A DNA stretch of 64,000 nucleotides, taken from an uncultured Gammaproteobacteria bacterium (GTDB taxonomy: Bacteria > Pseudomonadota > Gammaproteobacteria > Eutrophobiales > Eutrophobiaceae). The notes beneath the pieces were generated by a model. The model was given only the letters and a program-made list of their open reading frames with translations. It did no database searches and was not told the DNA's origin. The position numbers were made by a program, and so were the translations under genes. Below are positions 42,708-54,010 of this stretch, one piece after another. The stretch is taken from contig CALSOP010000002.1 in the NCBI GenBank assembly GCA_943788005.1, forward strand, positions 338,573 to 402,572. The letters run 5' to 3'. Within the stretch, counting starts at the first letter, position 1. Every line of letters begins with the position of its first letter.

Positions 42708-43453
42708 AATTTATAACCACGGTGTATAGCAACGACGCCACCAGTGAGATTATGGTATTGGACATTCTCAAAACCAGCCTGCTTCATCATCGATGCCAGT
42801 GACTCTTGATCAGGGTGCATGCGAATTGACTCGACCAAATACTGGTAACTTGCTTCATCATTAGCAACAATTTTACCAAACTGAGGAATCAGCTTGAATG
42901 AGTATTCATCGTAGAGTTTATCCAATACGGGGATCACAACCTTTGAAAATTCAAGAATAACTAATTGGGAACCATATTTAAGCTTGCTGTACATTGAGCG
43001 TAATGCTGCATCTTTATCTGTCACATTACGTAACCCAAAGGCAATGGTCATACAATCAAAGCTATTGTCCTCGAAGGGCAAAGCCTCTGCATTGGCTTGA
43101 ACATAATCAATACCTTTGATGATTCCTTTATCTATGAAACGGTCACGTCCTTGTTGCAACATGTCGCCATTGATATCGCATAATGTCACTCGACCATCAT
43201 CACCCAGTTGCTTATTGATTAGACTGGCAATATCACCCGTCCCACCAGCAAGATCTAACACATGATAGTTTTTCCTGATAGCGCACAAGTGTACCGCCTT
43301 GCGCTTCCATAATCGGTGCACACCAAATGACATAACATCATTCATCAAGTCATATTCTGACGCTACTGAGGTGAAGACATCGGCTACTCGACTCGCCTTC
43401 TCCTTTGTAGCGACTTTTTCAAAACCAAAATCTGTTGTTGATTGCTCAGTCAT
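42704..43453 (-). CDS. ubiE: ubiquinone/menaquinone C-methyltransferase
   Basis: 249 aa, [13 protein letters not shown] motif, high similarity to UbiE. Confidence 0.95.
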   Translation of the reverse strand: MTEQSTTDFGFEKVATKEKASRVADVFTSVASEYDLMNDVMSFGVHRLWKRKAVHLCAIRKNYHVLDLAGGTGDIASLINKQLGDDGRVTLCDINGDMLQQGRDRFIDKGIIKGIDYVQANAEALPFEDNSFDCMTIAFGLRNVTDKDAALRSMYSKLKYGSQLVILEFSKVVIPVLDKLYDEYSFKLIPQFGKIVANDEASYQYLVESIRMHPDQESLASMMKQAGFENVQYHNLTGGVVAIHRGYKL

Positions 43454-43817
43454 TTAATTGCCGAGTATGTCCAGCCTGTTTTAATGCATCCAGATAATCA
43501 TCCCAGTAATTGTCCTTTGCTTCACCCAGTTCATAAAGGTATTCCCATGTATAAAGACCCGTATTATGTCCGTCATCAAAGACCAACTTAACGGCATAAT
43601 TGCCGACCGGTTCTATCTCTTTTATATTTACGTTTTCTTTACCTACTTGTAAAACTTCTTGTCCTGGCCCATGACCTTTTACATCTGCAGAAGGAGAATA
43701 AACACGTAAATATTCACAAGGTAATTCAAATTTGGCGCCATTATCATATTCTACCTCAAGCACCCGGGATTTTTGATGCAGGTTTATTGAAGAGGGGCTG
43801 TGCTTGGGTTCTGTCAT
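43446..43817 (-). CDS. DUF971 protein (gamma-butyrobetaine hydroxylase-like N-terminal domain)
   Basis: 123 aa. Conserved partner upstream of ubiE in many proteobacteria. Confidence 0.65.
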   Translation of the reverse strand: MTEPKHSPSSINLHQKSRVLEVEYDNGAKFELPCEYLRVYSPSADVKGHGPGQEVLQVGKENVNIKEIEPVGNYAVKLVFDDGHNTGLYTWEYLYELGEAKDNYWDDYLDALKQAGHTRQLND

Positions 43818-43862
43818 GATTTCTTCTTTCTATTAGTATAGATTTTAAATTTATTATCCAGG

Positions 43863-45191
43863 TTATAGGATGTAACGACTTAGATCCTCATCCTCTACCA
43901 ATTCATTCAGATTATCATTCACATACTCTGCACCAATTGATATCGATTCGCCATTTTTTTCTGATGCTTCATACGACAATGTCTCAAGTAAACGCTCCAT
44001 TACCGTATGCAAACGACGCGCACCAATATTCTCTGTAGAGTCATTTACCTGGAAGGCAATTTCTGCGATACGCTGTATACCATCATCGGTAAACTCTATG
44101 GTGAATCCTTCCGTCGCCATTAATAATGTATATTGCTCTGTTAATGATGCATCGGGTTCGGTAAGAATCCGTACAAAGTCATCAGCAACCAAAGCACTCA
44201 ACTCGACCCGAATGGGCAAGCGTCCTTGTAACTCAGGTATGAGATCAGAGGGCTTAGCCAGATGAAAGGCACCTGAGGCAATAAATAAAATATGGTCTGT
44301 CTTGACCATGCCATATTTTGTGGTAACTGTACTGCCCTCTACTAGTGGTAATAAATCACGTTGTACACCTTCACGAGAAACATCAGGTCCACTTGTTTCA
44401 GAACGACGTGTCACCTTATCGAGTTCATCCAGGAACACTATGCCGTGTTGTTCAACACTTTCAATTGATCGAGCCTTGATATCATCTTCATTTAATAACT
44501 TTGCTGCTTCTTCTTCGGCTAATAACTTGAGCGCATCTTTTACAAGCAGTTTGCGCGATTGTTTCTTACCTGAACCCATGTTCTGAAACATGCCTTGTAA
44601 TTGACTGGTCATTTCTTCCATGCCCGGCGGAGCCATAATCTCAACACCAACACTGGGTGCCTTTAGCTCAACATCAATTTCCTTATCATCGAACTTCCCT
44701 TCGATAATCATTTGTCTGAATTTTTCACGTGTCGAATTTATACTTGATTCATGATCATCTTCACCCATCATTCGAGCAGGCGGCAATAAAATATCAAGCA
44801 CCCTTTCCATCGCAGCTTTATCAGCCTGATCACGTACTTTTTCCAATTCAATTTCGCGTGTTTGTTTAATCGCAACATCAGCAAGATCTCGGATAATTGA
44901 TTCTACATCACGACCGACATAACCTACTTCGGTAAACTTTGTCGCTTCTATTTTAATGAAGGGCGCTTGCGCTAGTTTGGCAAGTCGTCGAGCAATCTCG
45001 GTCTTACCAACACCAGTAGGACCAATCATTAATATATTCTTGGGTGTAATCTCATTACGTATTGATTCATCAACTTGCGCACGACGCCAGCGATTACGTA
45101 ATGCAATAGCAACTGCACGTTTCGCTGAGTCTTGGCCAATAATATGTTTATTGAGTTCGGCAACAATCGCCTGTGGAGTTAAGTCTGACAT
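43863..45191 (-). CDS. hslU: ATP-dependent protease ATPase subunit HslU
   Basis: [20 protein letters not shown]..., Walker [16 protein letters not shown], ends ...SRYIL. Longer ORF 43863-45272 trimmed to the conserved start. Confidence 0.95.
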   Translation of the reverse strand: MSDLTPQAIVAELNKHIIGQDSAKRAVAIALRNRWRRAQVDESIRNEITPKNILMIGPTGVGKTEIARRLAKLAQAPFIKIEATKFTEVGYVGRDVESIIRDLADVAIKQTREIELEKVRDQADKAAMERVLDILLPPARMMGEDDHESSINSTREKFRQMIIEGKFDDKEIDVELKAPSVGVEIMAPPGMEEMTSQLQGMFQNMGSGKKQSRKLLVKDALKLLAEEEAAKLLNEDDIKARSIESVEQHGIVFLDELDKVTRRSETSGPDVSREGVQRDLLPLVEGSTVTTKYGMVKTDHILFIASGAFHLAKPSDLIPELQGRLPIRVELSALVADDFVRILTEPDASLTEQYTLLMATEGFTIEFTDDGIQRIAEIAFQVNDSTENIGARRLHTVMERLLETLSYEASEKNGESISIGAEYVNDNLNELVEDEDLSRYIL

Positions 45192-45229
45192 TTTGATTTG
45201 TTTATTTAATATTATTTTTGAATGACTAT

Positions 45230-45763
45230 TTATAATTCTTCGATAGTTAAATTGGAGTTTGTATAGATACAAATATTGGCAGCGATACCTAAACCTTTTT
45301 CAACAATTTCGCGCGCACTCATCTCGGTATTTTCAAACAAGGCTTGTGCAGCAGATTTGGCATAATTACCGCCTGAACCAATTGCCATAATATGGTCTTC
45401 TGGCTCTATTACATCTCCATTACCCGAGATAATCAGCGAAGACGTTTTATCGGCAACACATAGCAGTGCTTCAAGTCGACGTAACATGCGATCTGTACGC
45501 CAGTCTTTTGCCAGTTCTACAGCCGATCGCATCAGATTTCCCTGATGTTTCTGTAATTTGGCCTCAAATCGTTCAAACAGGGTAAACGCATCTGCTGTGC
45601 CGCCGGCAAATCCAGCAATTATTTTTTCGTTATATAAGCGTCGCACCTTACGTGCATTGCCTTTCATGACAGTATCACCCAATGATACCTGACCATCGCC
45701 ACCAATAACGACATGCTCGTCACGACGTACTGATAAGATGGTTGTGCCTCGGTATTGTTCCAC
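45230..45763 (-). CDS. hslV: ATP-dependent protease subunit HslV (probable GTG start and short propeptide)
   Basis: ...[24 protein letters not shown] is the conserved HslV N-terminus. An AGGAG RBS lies 7 nt upstream of GTG 45763, giving MEQYRG before the catalytic Thr. Confidence 0.85.
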   Translation of the reverse strand: MEQYRGTTILSVRRDEHVVIGGDGQVSLGDTVMKGNARKVRRLYNEKIIAGFAGGTADAFTLFERFEAKLQKHQGNLMRSAVELAKDWRTDRMLRRLEALLCVADKTSSLIISGNGDVIEPEDHIMAIGSGGNYAKSAAQALFENTEMSAREIVEKGLGIAANICIYTNSNLTIEEL

Positions 45764-45844
45764 GTTTTTTCTCCTGATATGGGAAGCGGAATTGTACATG
45801 AGCGGCACGCTAATGCCCACGCCCATGGTTATTGCAGGATAACG

Positions 45845-46747
45845 CTATGAGTCCGGTTTCTTGCGATGTGCCCGGGGATGGCTCTTGTCATAAACCTGAG
45901 CCAAATGCTGGAAATCAAGATGAGTATAAACTTGTGTAGTACTTATATCCGCATGACCGAGTAACTCCTGGACAGCGCGTAAATCACCACTGGATTCCAA
46001 CATATGGCTGGCAAATGAATGACGCAACATATGCGGGTGTACATGGTTTGGTAAGCCTTGTTTGATAGCCCATTGTTTTAAACGCTCTTGTACTGACCTG
46101 GGACTAATTCGTTTGCCTCGTTGGCTAATAAACAATGCATTTTCGTTTTCATTAACCAGGGATTGTCTTATTTTGAGCCAGTTTTTGATCGCCTGAATAG
46201 CATGCTGGCCTACGGGAACGCTGCGCATTTTTTTACCCTTACCGATCACGGTCAATATGCGATCACTAAAATCAATATCACCCATATTGATACTTATCAA
46301 TTCAGCAAGACGTAACCCAGATGAATAAATCAACTCCAACATGGCACGGTCACGAATCGACAATCCATCTTGATCATCAATCTCGACGAGTTGAACAGTC
46401 TGATCTGCATCTAAAACATGGGGCAGTTTACGTGGTGTCTTTGGTGCGATAATACCTTCGGCAGGGTTATTTTTTACCTTCGCCTCATCTAGTAAGTAAC
46501 GATAAAAAGATCGAATTGCTGACAGGTTACGCTGCAATGAACGCCCACCAATACCCTCGCGATGCCGAGAAGCAACAAAGCCTCTAACTTGGCGACCATC
46601 AAGATCAGACCATTTATTTATTTTCTGCTTATTACAAAACTCATGCAGATATGCAAGATCACGTTGATAGGCACTGCGGGTATGCTCAGAAAGATGATGT
46701 AAGGTCTTTATAAAAGACTCAAGCAATAACGTCTCGGACGATTGCAT
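45845..46747 (-). CDS. xerC: tyrosine recombinase XerC
   Basis: 300 aa; R...HxxR...Y catalytic residues (HMLRHSFAS, LGHADISTTQVYTH). Confidence 0.9.
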   Translation of the reverse strand: MQSSETLLLESFIKTLHHLSEHTRSAYQRDLAYLHEFCNKQKINKWSDLDGRQVRGFVASRHREGIGGRSLQRNLSAIRSFYRYLLDEAKVKNNPAEGIIAPKTPRKLPHVLDADQTVQLVEIDDQDGLSIRDRAMLELIYSSGLRLAELISINMGDIDFSDRILTVIGKGKKMRSVPVGQHAIQAIKNWLKIRQSLVNENENALFISQRGKRISPRSVQERLKQWAIKQGLPNHVHPHMLRHSFASHMLESSGDLRAVQELLGHADISTTQVYTHLDFQHLAQVYDKSHPRAHRKKPDS

Positions 46748-46785
46748 AATAAAACTTAATTAATCATTTTTATTTATGCTAAACA

Positions 46786-47493
46786 CTAAACTTGTTCAAC
46801 CCAAGGCTTTAGAATAAAACTTAATACCTCACCCAGGTTAGCAAGTAATTCAACACCCATTCCTGCTTGAAAACGCTCGGCATCGAAACTACCTATAGAA
46901 AGTATTCCACCCCATCCTTGACCATGTAATGGAACCATCACTGAAGATGCAATCTCATCGCCGTCGTCACCAAACAAAAAAACTTGTTGTTGACGTTTCA
47001 TGCGTCCGCTTAATGGCAAACGTTTATCAATAATGCTTTTAAACAAGGATTGTTCTGCTGTTTCACAACCTGCAAATTCATCTGTTGCAAAACTATCTAC
47101 AAAAGAAGGTTTTGCAAATAACCTAACGACGGCACGATCCGCATGAAAATTCTTTTTCAAATTGTCATACAAAGTATTAAAAATATCTTTAGGTTCTTCT
47201 GCATCCATTAGTGTTAATGCCAACTGATGCATGCGCCTAGCGAGTTCTTCATTCTGGCGTGCAATTTCAATTAGTTCATGTAAGCGCTTGCGTGTTTGTT
47301 GGTTTTGTTCACGTAAAACGGAGACTTGTTTTTCAACCAAGGATATAGCTGCACCATGATCATGCGGAATTTTTAGTTCAGATAGAATGTCGGGGTATTT
47401 ATTAAAAAAGTCCGGATTGTCTTTAAGAAACTCGGACACCATACTTTCTGTAAGATTGTTTGATTCCAGGTTTTCTGTTTCCTGTCCACTCAT
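46786..47493 (-). CDS. DUF484 family protein (YigA-like)
   Basis: 235 aa between dapF and xerC, the conserved position. Confidence 0.75.
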   Translation of the reverse strand: MSGQETENLESNNLTESMVSEFLKDNPDFFNKYPDILSELKIPHDHGAAISLVEKQVSVLREQNQQTRKRLHELIEIARQNEELARRMHQLALTLMDAEEPKDIFNTLYDNLKKNFHADRAVVRLFAKPSFVDSFATDEFAGCETAEQSLFKSIIDKRLPLSGRMKRQQQVFLFGDDGDEIASSVMVPLHGQGWGGILSIGSFDAERFQAGMGVELLANLGEVLSFILKPWVEQV

Positions 47494-48341
47494 AATTCAA
47501 TTTTCCCCTCAAAAACCGTTGTAGCGGGACCTGTCATATAAACTGGTTCGCCTTGCCCTGCCCAGCGTAATGTCAAATGACCACCGCGTAACTCTGCGTC
47601 TATTGTCCCCTCCAAATACCCTTGCTGACAAGCAATAACCATCGCCGCACAGGCGCCACTGCCACAGGCCAGTGTTTCACCCGAGCCACGCTCAAAAACA
47701 CGCAGTTTGAACGCCTGTCGATTCAATATCTCGATAAAACCAACATTGACACTTTCTGGAAATACGCCACTCAGCTGCACCGCAGGACCAATCACATTCA
47801 CCGGCGCCGAATCGACTTCATCGACAATAATAACGGCATGAGGATTCCCTAATGAGACAGCGCCAAAAGTCAGTTCATCGCCACCAAAAGTCTGGTGATT
47901 GCCATCTAAACTCAGTTCATATTCTTCCAGTTGCTCATCGGCTTTTAACGGGATCTTGGCCGGTTCAAACTCAGGCACACCCATATCCACAGTCACACAA
48001 TTATCGGCATCAATTTGTAAAATAAGACGACCTTTGCCCGTCTCGGCAATAATCCTGTCTTTTGTTACCAATGCTTTTTCTCTGAGATAGACGGCGGCAC
48101 AACGAGCACCATTTCCGCATTGCATTACTTCACCACCATCGGCATTGAATATTCGGTAACAAACGTCTGTTTCGTGATTTTTCGGTGGTTCAAGCAACAA
48201 GACCTGATCGCAGCCGATACCAAATTGCCGATCGGCGATATGCCTGACTTGTTCTCGCGAGAGTGTCAGCGGCTGTGTATAGGTATCGAAAACGACAAAA
48301 TCGTTTCCAATACCGTGCATTTTTGTGAATCGATATTCCAT
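47490..48341 (-). CDS. dapF: diaminopimelate epimerase
   Basis: 283 aa, MEYRFTKMHGIGNDFVV, catalytic Cys motifs (QCGNGARC, ACGSGACA). Confidence 0.95.
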   Translation of the reverse strand: MEYRFTKMHGIGNDFVVFDTYTQPLTLSREQVRHIADRQFGIGCDQVLLLEPPKNHETDVCYRIFNADGGEVMQCGNGARCAAVYLREKALVTKDRIIAETGKGRLILQIDADNCVTVDMGVPEFEPAKIPLKADEQLEEYELSLDGNHQTFGGDELTFGAVSLGNPHAVIIVDEVDSAPVNVIGPAVQLSGVFPESVNVGFIEILNRQAFKLRVFERGSGETLACGSGACAAMVIACQQGYLEGTIDAELRGGHLTLRWAGQGEPVYMTGPATTVFEGKIEL

Positions 48342-48394
48342 TTTCGTAGATTACAGTCTATGGATAATCACGCAAGTACGAAGATCGCTAATCT

Positions 48395-49501
48395 TTAACT
48401 CCCTCCCCCATTGGTAACGCTGATACCGTCCGGGATATGCATAGTGGTTGTTGGAAAAGCACACTCTGCGCCATGCGACTCAATGATATCTATGATTTTC
48501 AGCATGACATCTTGTTTGACTTCATGAAACTCGATCCAGTTGACCGTTTTGGTAAAGGTATAAATAAAGAAATTAAGGGAAGATGCGGCAAATTCATTAA
48601 AGTTAACGATTAAGGTCTGGTTATTATCAATATCATCATGCTCTTGCAGCATTTTTTTAACAGCAGCAATAATCTCACGCATCTTGTTTGCATCATCATA
48701 GCGAATACCGATTGTTTCCTTAATACGCCGATTTGTCATTCGTTGTGGGTTTTCAACAGCAATATTGGTAAATACTGAGTTGGGAATATACAAAGGTCGT
48801 TTATCAAACGTGCGTATTGTTGTTAAGCGCCAACCAATCTTTTCAACTGAACCTTCAATTTCCCTGTCTGGTGATCGTATCCAGTCACCTACATCGAATG
48901 GTCGGTCCATATATATGGTTAAACCGCCAAAAAAGTTGGCTAATAAATCTCTAGCGGCAAAACCAATTGCGATACCGCCAATACCACCAAATGCTAATAC
49001 CCCGGAAATGCTATATCCCAATGTTTGCAATATGACCAATGCGCCGGTAATGATGACTGAGACACGTAATAACTTTGCAATAGCATCTGCGGTTGTTTGA
49101 TCAAAGTCCTCGCCTTTTTGTTGTTTCTTTTCCACAAGGATGGTTTCGGAATTTGAGATAAGACGCACTAGAAACCAGACAATGATAACAATAAACCCAA
49201 CTTCTCTAATGGGTTCTATCGCACCAAAGATAGCCGCATCCGTCTGTGTTTTTACGATGCCTGCGGCATAGGTTAAGCCAAGTATCCATATCAATAGCGT
49301 TATTGGCTTTTGGGCAGCGATAAATAAAGCTTGATCCCAATTGGTCCAGGTCTTTTTTAACCTGCTAATCAGTTTCGCGATAGCGCGTTTTTGTATCCAG
49401 TTAATAAATGCTGTCAGGAATACAACAACAAATACCTGAACAATCCAGTTCTCCTGTTTAAGAAAAGATTCCATCATTTGTACTAATTCTGAAAGACTCA
49501 T
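48395..49501 (-). CDS. mechanosensitive ion channel family protein (MscS-like)
   Basis: 368 aa with N-terminal TM helices and the MscS beta-domain signature. Confidence 0.85.
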   Translation of the reverse strand: MSLSELVQMMESFLKQENWIVQVFVVVFLTAFINWIQKRAIAKLISRLKKTWTNWDQALFIAAQKPITLLIWILGLTYAAGIVKTQTDAAIFGAIEPIREVGFIVIIVWFLVRLISNSETILVEKKQQKGEDFDQTTADAIAKLLRVSVIITGALVILQTLGYSISGVLAFGGIGGIAIGFAARDLLANFFGGLTIYMDRPFDVGDWIRSPDREIEGSVEKIGWRLTTIRTFDKRPLYIPNSVFTNIAVENPQRMTNRRIKETIGIRYDDANKMREIIAAVKKMLQEHDDIDNNQTLIVNFNEFAASSLNFFIYTFTKTVNWIEFHEVKQDVMLKIIDIIESHGAECAFPTTTMHIPDGISVTNGGGS

Positions 49502-49536
49502 TTAACTATCCTGTAAAAAATATTCATTAACTTTGT

Positions 49537-50469
49537 TTAATAAATTGCGGTGAGGGTATAACCCTGTTGCTCTAATAGAGATAATACACCTTCTTTTCCA
49601 GTAAGATGCATCGCGCCAATAGCAATAAAGGACTTCCCTGTTTCCAGCATCGGTTGCATACGCTCAGCCATAGTCCTATTCCTGTCGAGAATTAATTTTG
49701 TCATTAGTCTCTCATACACAGGTTCCTGGCTCATCGAATAACGCTGTGTGTAATTATATAAACCGCCCAAGTCACGTTTCAAATAAAATGATTTCATCGC
49801 AATGAAATCCTCTTCAATGACATCATAATGACAGACTGTATCCGTCAGCAGTTTAACTTGATCAGGCATTTTTAAATCACTAAATATATCAGCTTGTTCT
49901 TTTAAAGACTCCAACCCGGAAACTGTTGCACCATTCTGTTGCGTCAGAGACAACAGCACCAGATCTAAAGGATCGCCGGCATCTGGCGGATAATTCATTA
50001 GTAAAAAGGCAGCCCAAGGTTTCATAACGGATACCGCATCAGGACCAAGATGATAGGCAGATAAAATTAATTTAGTTTTTTTATAGATGAAGGTGTCGAC
50101 CAACTCTGATAGTTGTTGGCCATCATGAAAAAACATCATCTGTGAAAACAATAACATTTGTTCAGCATCCGGCAAGGCTTCCATGACAAACTGCTCTGAC
50201 TCATTTAATGCCTTATCAACCACATCAGGCAATGTTGTAACATCTTTATCTGAAATATGAATCGTTCCAAACAGATAACTAGGCGCTTTATTATTCTTGC
50301 TGATTTTCCAAAGTAAGCCTTGTGCATAGGGTATAACTTCCGTTTCAAGCTGGCTATCAAGAAGCGGTTCACAATGCGGTGAAATTAAATCTTTTGCTTG
50401 TGTTGTTATTATGCTGAACAAACACAACAGCAAAATAATTATTCTTTGTTTAATTAAATGAATCATCAC
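49537..50469 (-). CDS. TraB/GumN family protein (secreted)
   Basis: Signal peptide, LFGTIHIS motif typical of TraB/GumN. Confidence 0.75.
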   Translation of the reverse strand: MMIHLIKQRIIILLLCLFSIITTQAKDLISPHCEPLLDSQLETEVIPYAQGLLWKISKNNKAPSYLFGTIHISDKDVTTLPDVVDKALNESEQFVMEALPDAEQMLLFSQMMFFHDGQQLSELVDTFIYKKTKLILSAYHLGPDAVSVMKPWAAFLLMNYPPDAGDPLDLVLLSLTQQNGATVSGLESLKEQADIFSDLKMPDQVKLLTDTVCHYDVIEEDFIAMKSFYLKRDLGGLYNYTQRYSMSQEPVYERLMTKLILDRNRTMAERMQPMLETGKSFIAIGAMHLTGKEGVLSLLEQQGYTLTAIY

Positions 50470-51517
50470 CCAAATCTAACTCTGGTTCTTTTTCAAGCTG
50501 CGACACAGCTACTGAACGTTGTTGCCATAATTTTGTTTGCTTTAATTCATCCAGACTTTTATCAAAATGACCATGCATTCTGATTAATCGTGATTGCAAT
50601 TCAATACTAGCCGGTATTTCTGCTTCATCCAGAATGGAAATCGCGCCCGCTTGGTCATTACAAGCCAAGACCATATCACAACCTGCATGTAATGCCGCTT
50701 CTGCACGCTGTGGATAATTCCCCATAATCTCCGCCCCTTTCATGCTGAGATCATCGCTAAAGATTGTCCCTTGAAACTCCAACTGTTGCCGTAAGATCTG
50801 TTCTAACCATATGGGAGAAAACCCGGCGGGCTTTTCATCTACTTCAGGATAGATAACATGTGCTGGCATCAAGCCAGGTAAGCCCGCACGTATCATTCTT
50901 TCAAATGGAATAAGATCTTTCATTTGTATATCTTGAAATTGTCGGCGGTCGTAAGGAATCGCAACATGCGAATCTTCAGGCACAGACCCATGACCTGGAA
51001 AATGTTTACCGACTGCCGCCATCCCTGCTTCTTTCATGCCGCGCATATAAGCACGTGCAAGACTTGATACGTGATCGGGATCTGTATGAAAAGCACGATC
51101 ACCTATCACCTGACTAATCTTTCCACCCACATCCAGTACTGGTGCAAAACTAAGATCAACACCCACCGCTAATAACTCAGCCGCCATTAACCAACCTGCT
51201 TGCTCGGCAAGCGACTCAGCTTCTTTAGTAGTATGACAATCAGCCAATAAAGCACATGCCGGTAAACGACTAAAACCTTCTCGAAAACGTTGTACGCGTC
51301 CACCTTCATGATCAACAGCAATCAGTAGGTGTGGTTGACGTAGATCATGAATGCTTTTGCATAAAGCTGTAATCTGTTCTGGTGATTCAAAATTTCTTGT
51401 GAACAAGATCACACCGCCCACATGCGGGTGCAATAACATGTCATGTTCATCGGCCTCAAGTTGAAGACCGCGAAGATCACACATGACGGGACCCAGTGTC
51501 ATTTTATTAATATTCAT
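50450..51517 (-). CDS. nagZ: beta-N-acetylhexosaminidase NagZ (GH3)
   Basis: 355 aa, KHFPGHG, catalytic region. Confidence 0.9.
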   Translation of the reverse strand: MNINKMTLGPVMCDLRGLQLEADEHDMLLHPHVGGVILFTRNFESPEQITALCKSIHDLRQPHLLIAVDHEGGRVQRFREGFSRLPACALLADCHTTKEAESLAEQAGWLMAAELLAVGVDLSFAPVLDVGGKISQVIGDRAFHTDPDHVSSLARAYMRGMKEAGMAAVGKHFPGHGSVPEDSHVAIPYDRRQFQDIQMKDLIPFERMIRAGLPGLMPAHVIYPEVDEKPAGFSPIWLEQILRQQLEFQGTIFSDDLSMKGAEIMGNYPQRAEAALHAGCDMVLACNDQAGAISILDEAEIPASIELQSRLIRMHGHFDKSLDELKQTKLWQQRSVAVSQLEKEPELDLGDDSFN

Positions 51518-51518
51518 T

Positions 51519-52325
51519 TCAGACTTTGCTTATTTCTCTTATATCCATCTTATCTCTGAGGTAATCGCCCAGGAGGTTTATACATAATACCAGTGACAGG
51601 ATAGCAAAACCGGGCGCTAACACCATATGCGGAGCCACCAACATATAACGTGTACCATCTCGAATCATACTGCCCCATGATGCTGATGGGGGTTGTACGC
51701 CTAATCCGAGAAAGGATAATCCCGCTTCAGCAATAACTACACCGGCAAAGGCAAATGTCGCTTCTATAATTATAGGAGCCATAATCAATGGCAAGATATG
51801 TTTCTGGGCGATAATAAAACCTGGAGTGCCCAAGGCATATGCAGCATTAACATGGTCTCTGTTTTTCATACTCAGTGTTTGCACACGCGCCAGTCGGGCG
51901 AACCCGACCCAACTCACTATGGATAAGGCAATAACCGCATTCATTATTCCCGGACCGAGTAGACCCGCCAATGCGATTGCCAATAAGATGCCTGGAAAAG
52001 CAATAAACAAATCTATCACCATTACCAAAGCCTTATCCCAGTACCCGCCTAACCAAGCTCCCATCATACCGATAAAGGTACCTATGATTAATGATATCGA
52101 GACGACAACAATGGCAACACTTAATGAAGTACGAGCGCCCATAATCAGCCGTGCGCTGATTGAACGACCTAGATCATCATGACCAAACCATTGCGTCCAA
52201 TTAGGCGTTAATAATATTTTTTCTAATGATATTTGATCCGGGTGCAAGGGCAATATGGGTCCTAGTAAGGCCAACACAGACCAAGTGATCAAAATTATCA
52301 AGGGAATAGAGTAAATCTTATTCAT
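51519..52325 (-). CDS. ABC transporter permease (DppC/OppC-like)
   Basis: 268 aa, 6 TM, EAA-like loop (SWGSMIRDG). Confidence 0.85.
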   Translation of the reverse strand: MNKIYSIPLIILITWSVLALLGPILPLHPDQISLEKILLTPNWTQWFGHDDLGRSISARLIMGARTSLSVAIVVVSISLIIGTFIGMMGAWLGGYWDKALVMVIDLFIAFPGILLAIALAGLLGPGIMNAVIALSIVSWVGFARLARVQTLSMKNRDHVNAAYALGTPGFIIAQKHILPLIMAPIIIEATFAFAGVVIAEAGLSFLGLGVQPPSASWGSMIRDGTRYMLVAPHMVLAPGFAILSLVLCINLLGDYLRDKMDIREISKV

Positions 52326-53248
52326 GACTCAAGCTTCAACCTTGGATCCAATGAGGTATAGGTCACATCGGTCATCAGATTGACCAACACATAGGTAAAG
52401 CTAATCAATAACACACATGCTTGTACAACCGGGTAATCGCGTTTCTGAATAGAATCGATCATCAATTGCCCAATTCCTGGCCAGGAGAATATAGTTTCGG
52501 TTATGACTGCACCGGCAAGCAAGGCACCGAGTTGCATGCCCAAGATAGTAATTACCGGTAATGCGGCATTGCGTAATGCATGCAAAACCAATACGCGAAA
52601 CTCACTCAATCCACGCGCGCGCGCTGCACGGATATAATCTTCTTGTAAAACTTCCAACATTGATGCACGTATCATTCGTGACAAAATGGCTGCCAATGCC
52701 GACCCTAGCGTTAAAGCGGGGAGAATTAATGAAGACAATCCTTCTTTGCCGCTGACAGGAACCCAACCCAGCCAAAGGGCAAAAACCAAGATTAACAAAG
52801 GCCCCATCACAAAATTAGGTACAGAGACGCCGAACATTGCTGACACCATCGCTAACCGATCCCAAATCGAATCTTTATAAACCGCAGCTAGTATCCCTAG
52901 TGGCAATGCCATCACGATGGCAATAAATAAACTGGCAACGCTCAGAATGACAGTAGCAGGCAATCGCTCAAGCAATAATTGGCTCACTGCTTGTTTTGAG
53001 TGTAACGATTCCCCTAGATCAAAACGCGCAATGCCCTTCAGGTATTCCCACCATTGCTGGAAAATTGGCAAGTCCAGTCCGAGTGCATGGCGTAACGCTT
53101 CTCTGTCCGCCGGACGTGCTGTTTCGCCTAACATCACCTCAATTGGATCACCCGGCACAAGATGGATCAATAAAAAAACGAGTGTCGATATGCCGAACAA
53201 AACAAAGACAGCACTTATCAGGCGTTTAATCAGATAGTTCAGAAACAC
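52322..53248 (-). CDS. ABC transporter permease (DppB/OppB-like)
   Basis: 308 aa, N-terminal MFLNYLIKRL..., binding-protein-dependent transport signature (IRAARARGLSE). Confidence 0.85.
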   Translation of the reverse strand: MFLNYLIKRLISAVFVLFGISTLVFLLIHLVPGDPIEVMLGETARPADREALRHALGLDLPIFQQWWEYLKGIARFDLGESLHSKQAVSQLLLERLPATVILSVASLFIAIVMALPLGILAAVYKDSIWDRLAMVSAMFGVSVPNFVMGPLLILVFALWLGWVPVSGKEGLSSLILPALTLGSALAAILSRMIRASMLEVLQEDYIRAARARGLSEFRVLVLHALRNAALPVITILGMQLGALLAGAVITETIFSWPGIGQLMIDSIQKRDYPVVQACVLLISFTYVLVNLMTDVTYTSLDPRLKLES

Positions 53249-53295
53249 ACTATTTTATCATTCCAGGTTCAACAATTGACCCATATCAGGCTACA

Positions 53296-53838
53296 ATGAT
53301 CATAACAGCTCATGATGACTTGTATGAGATTCGGGTCAATATTATGTATAAATTTGATAATAATAACGAACAAGAAACGGAATCAAGCAAACCAACAACT
53401 ATGTCTTTAAACGAAACAAGTCAGGATGTCCTCAGCATCGTTGTTCGCATGTGCGGTCTTCTTTTGTTATTTATAGGTTTATGGATAGCAATTCAAATTT
53501 TTAGTGAAGCCCTGGCGCTATATAAAGATCCAGCCAACATTGAACGCATGGCAACAGCTATAGAGACAGGTTCAAACATCGATAAGAGCCTTATTCCAAT
53601 CCGTGACAGTTTACTCGGAGAAGATGAAGCGGGTGCTGATTCTAAAAGTAGACCTGAAATTCAGGCAGATGGTTTTCGTATTTCCTATTTCATCGCCTGG
53701 GTTGTAGATTTACTACTTTTGCTTCTATTAGCACGTATTGCAATCATGGCAATTAAAACTGGTGGAGAACTTGCCTTATATGATGCACAGGTAAAACGAC
53801 TTGCCAGAGAAATTGTTAAAGCGCGTAAAAAAGAATAG
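53296..53838 (+). CDS. hypothetical small membrane protein (2 predicted TM helices)
   Basis: 180-aa ORF with hydrophobic segments (VRMCGLLLLFIGLWIAIQIF; FIAWVVDLLLLLLLARIAIMAI). No recognisable family. Confidence 0.45.
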   Translation: MIITAHDDLYEIRVNIMYKFDNNNEQETESSKPTTMSLNETSQDVLSIVVRMCGLLLLFIGLWIAIQIFSEALALYKDPANIERMATAIETGSNIDKSLIPIRDSLLGEDEAGADSKSRPEIQADGFRISYFIAWVVDLLLLLLLARIAIMAIKTGGELALYDAQVKRLAREIVKARKKE

Positions 53839-54010
53839 CCATAAACAATTTCTTTATCATAATCCATATCACAGACTAGATTACTTCCTTTGTAGATTAA
53901 CCAGAAAACTTATAAATCAGTTTGCTGCATCAGACCCAGTAATATGTATAACTTTTCCTAGTCTATAGAAACTATAGCCTAAGTGCTTACGAATAAATAT
54001 TTACAGCGAT

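Noticed and set aside
45845-46747. Tyrosine recombinase as a mobile-element integrase
   Set aside because: It sits in the canonical dapF-DUF484-xerC arrangement and has XerC-type motifs. It is the chromosomal dimer-resolution recombinase, not a phage integrase.
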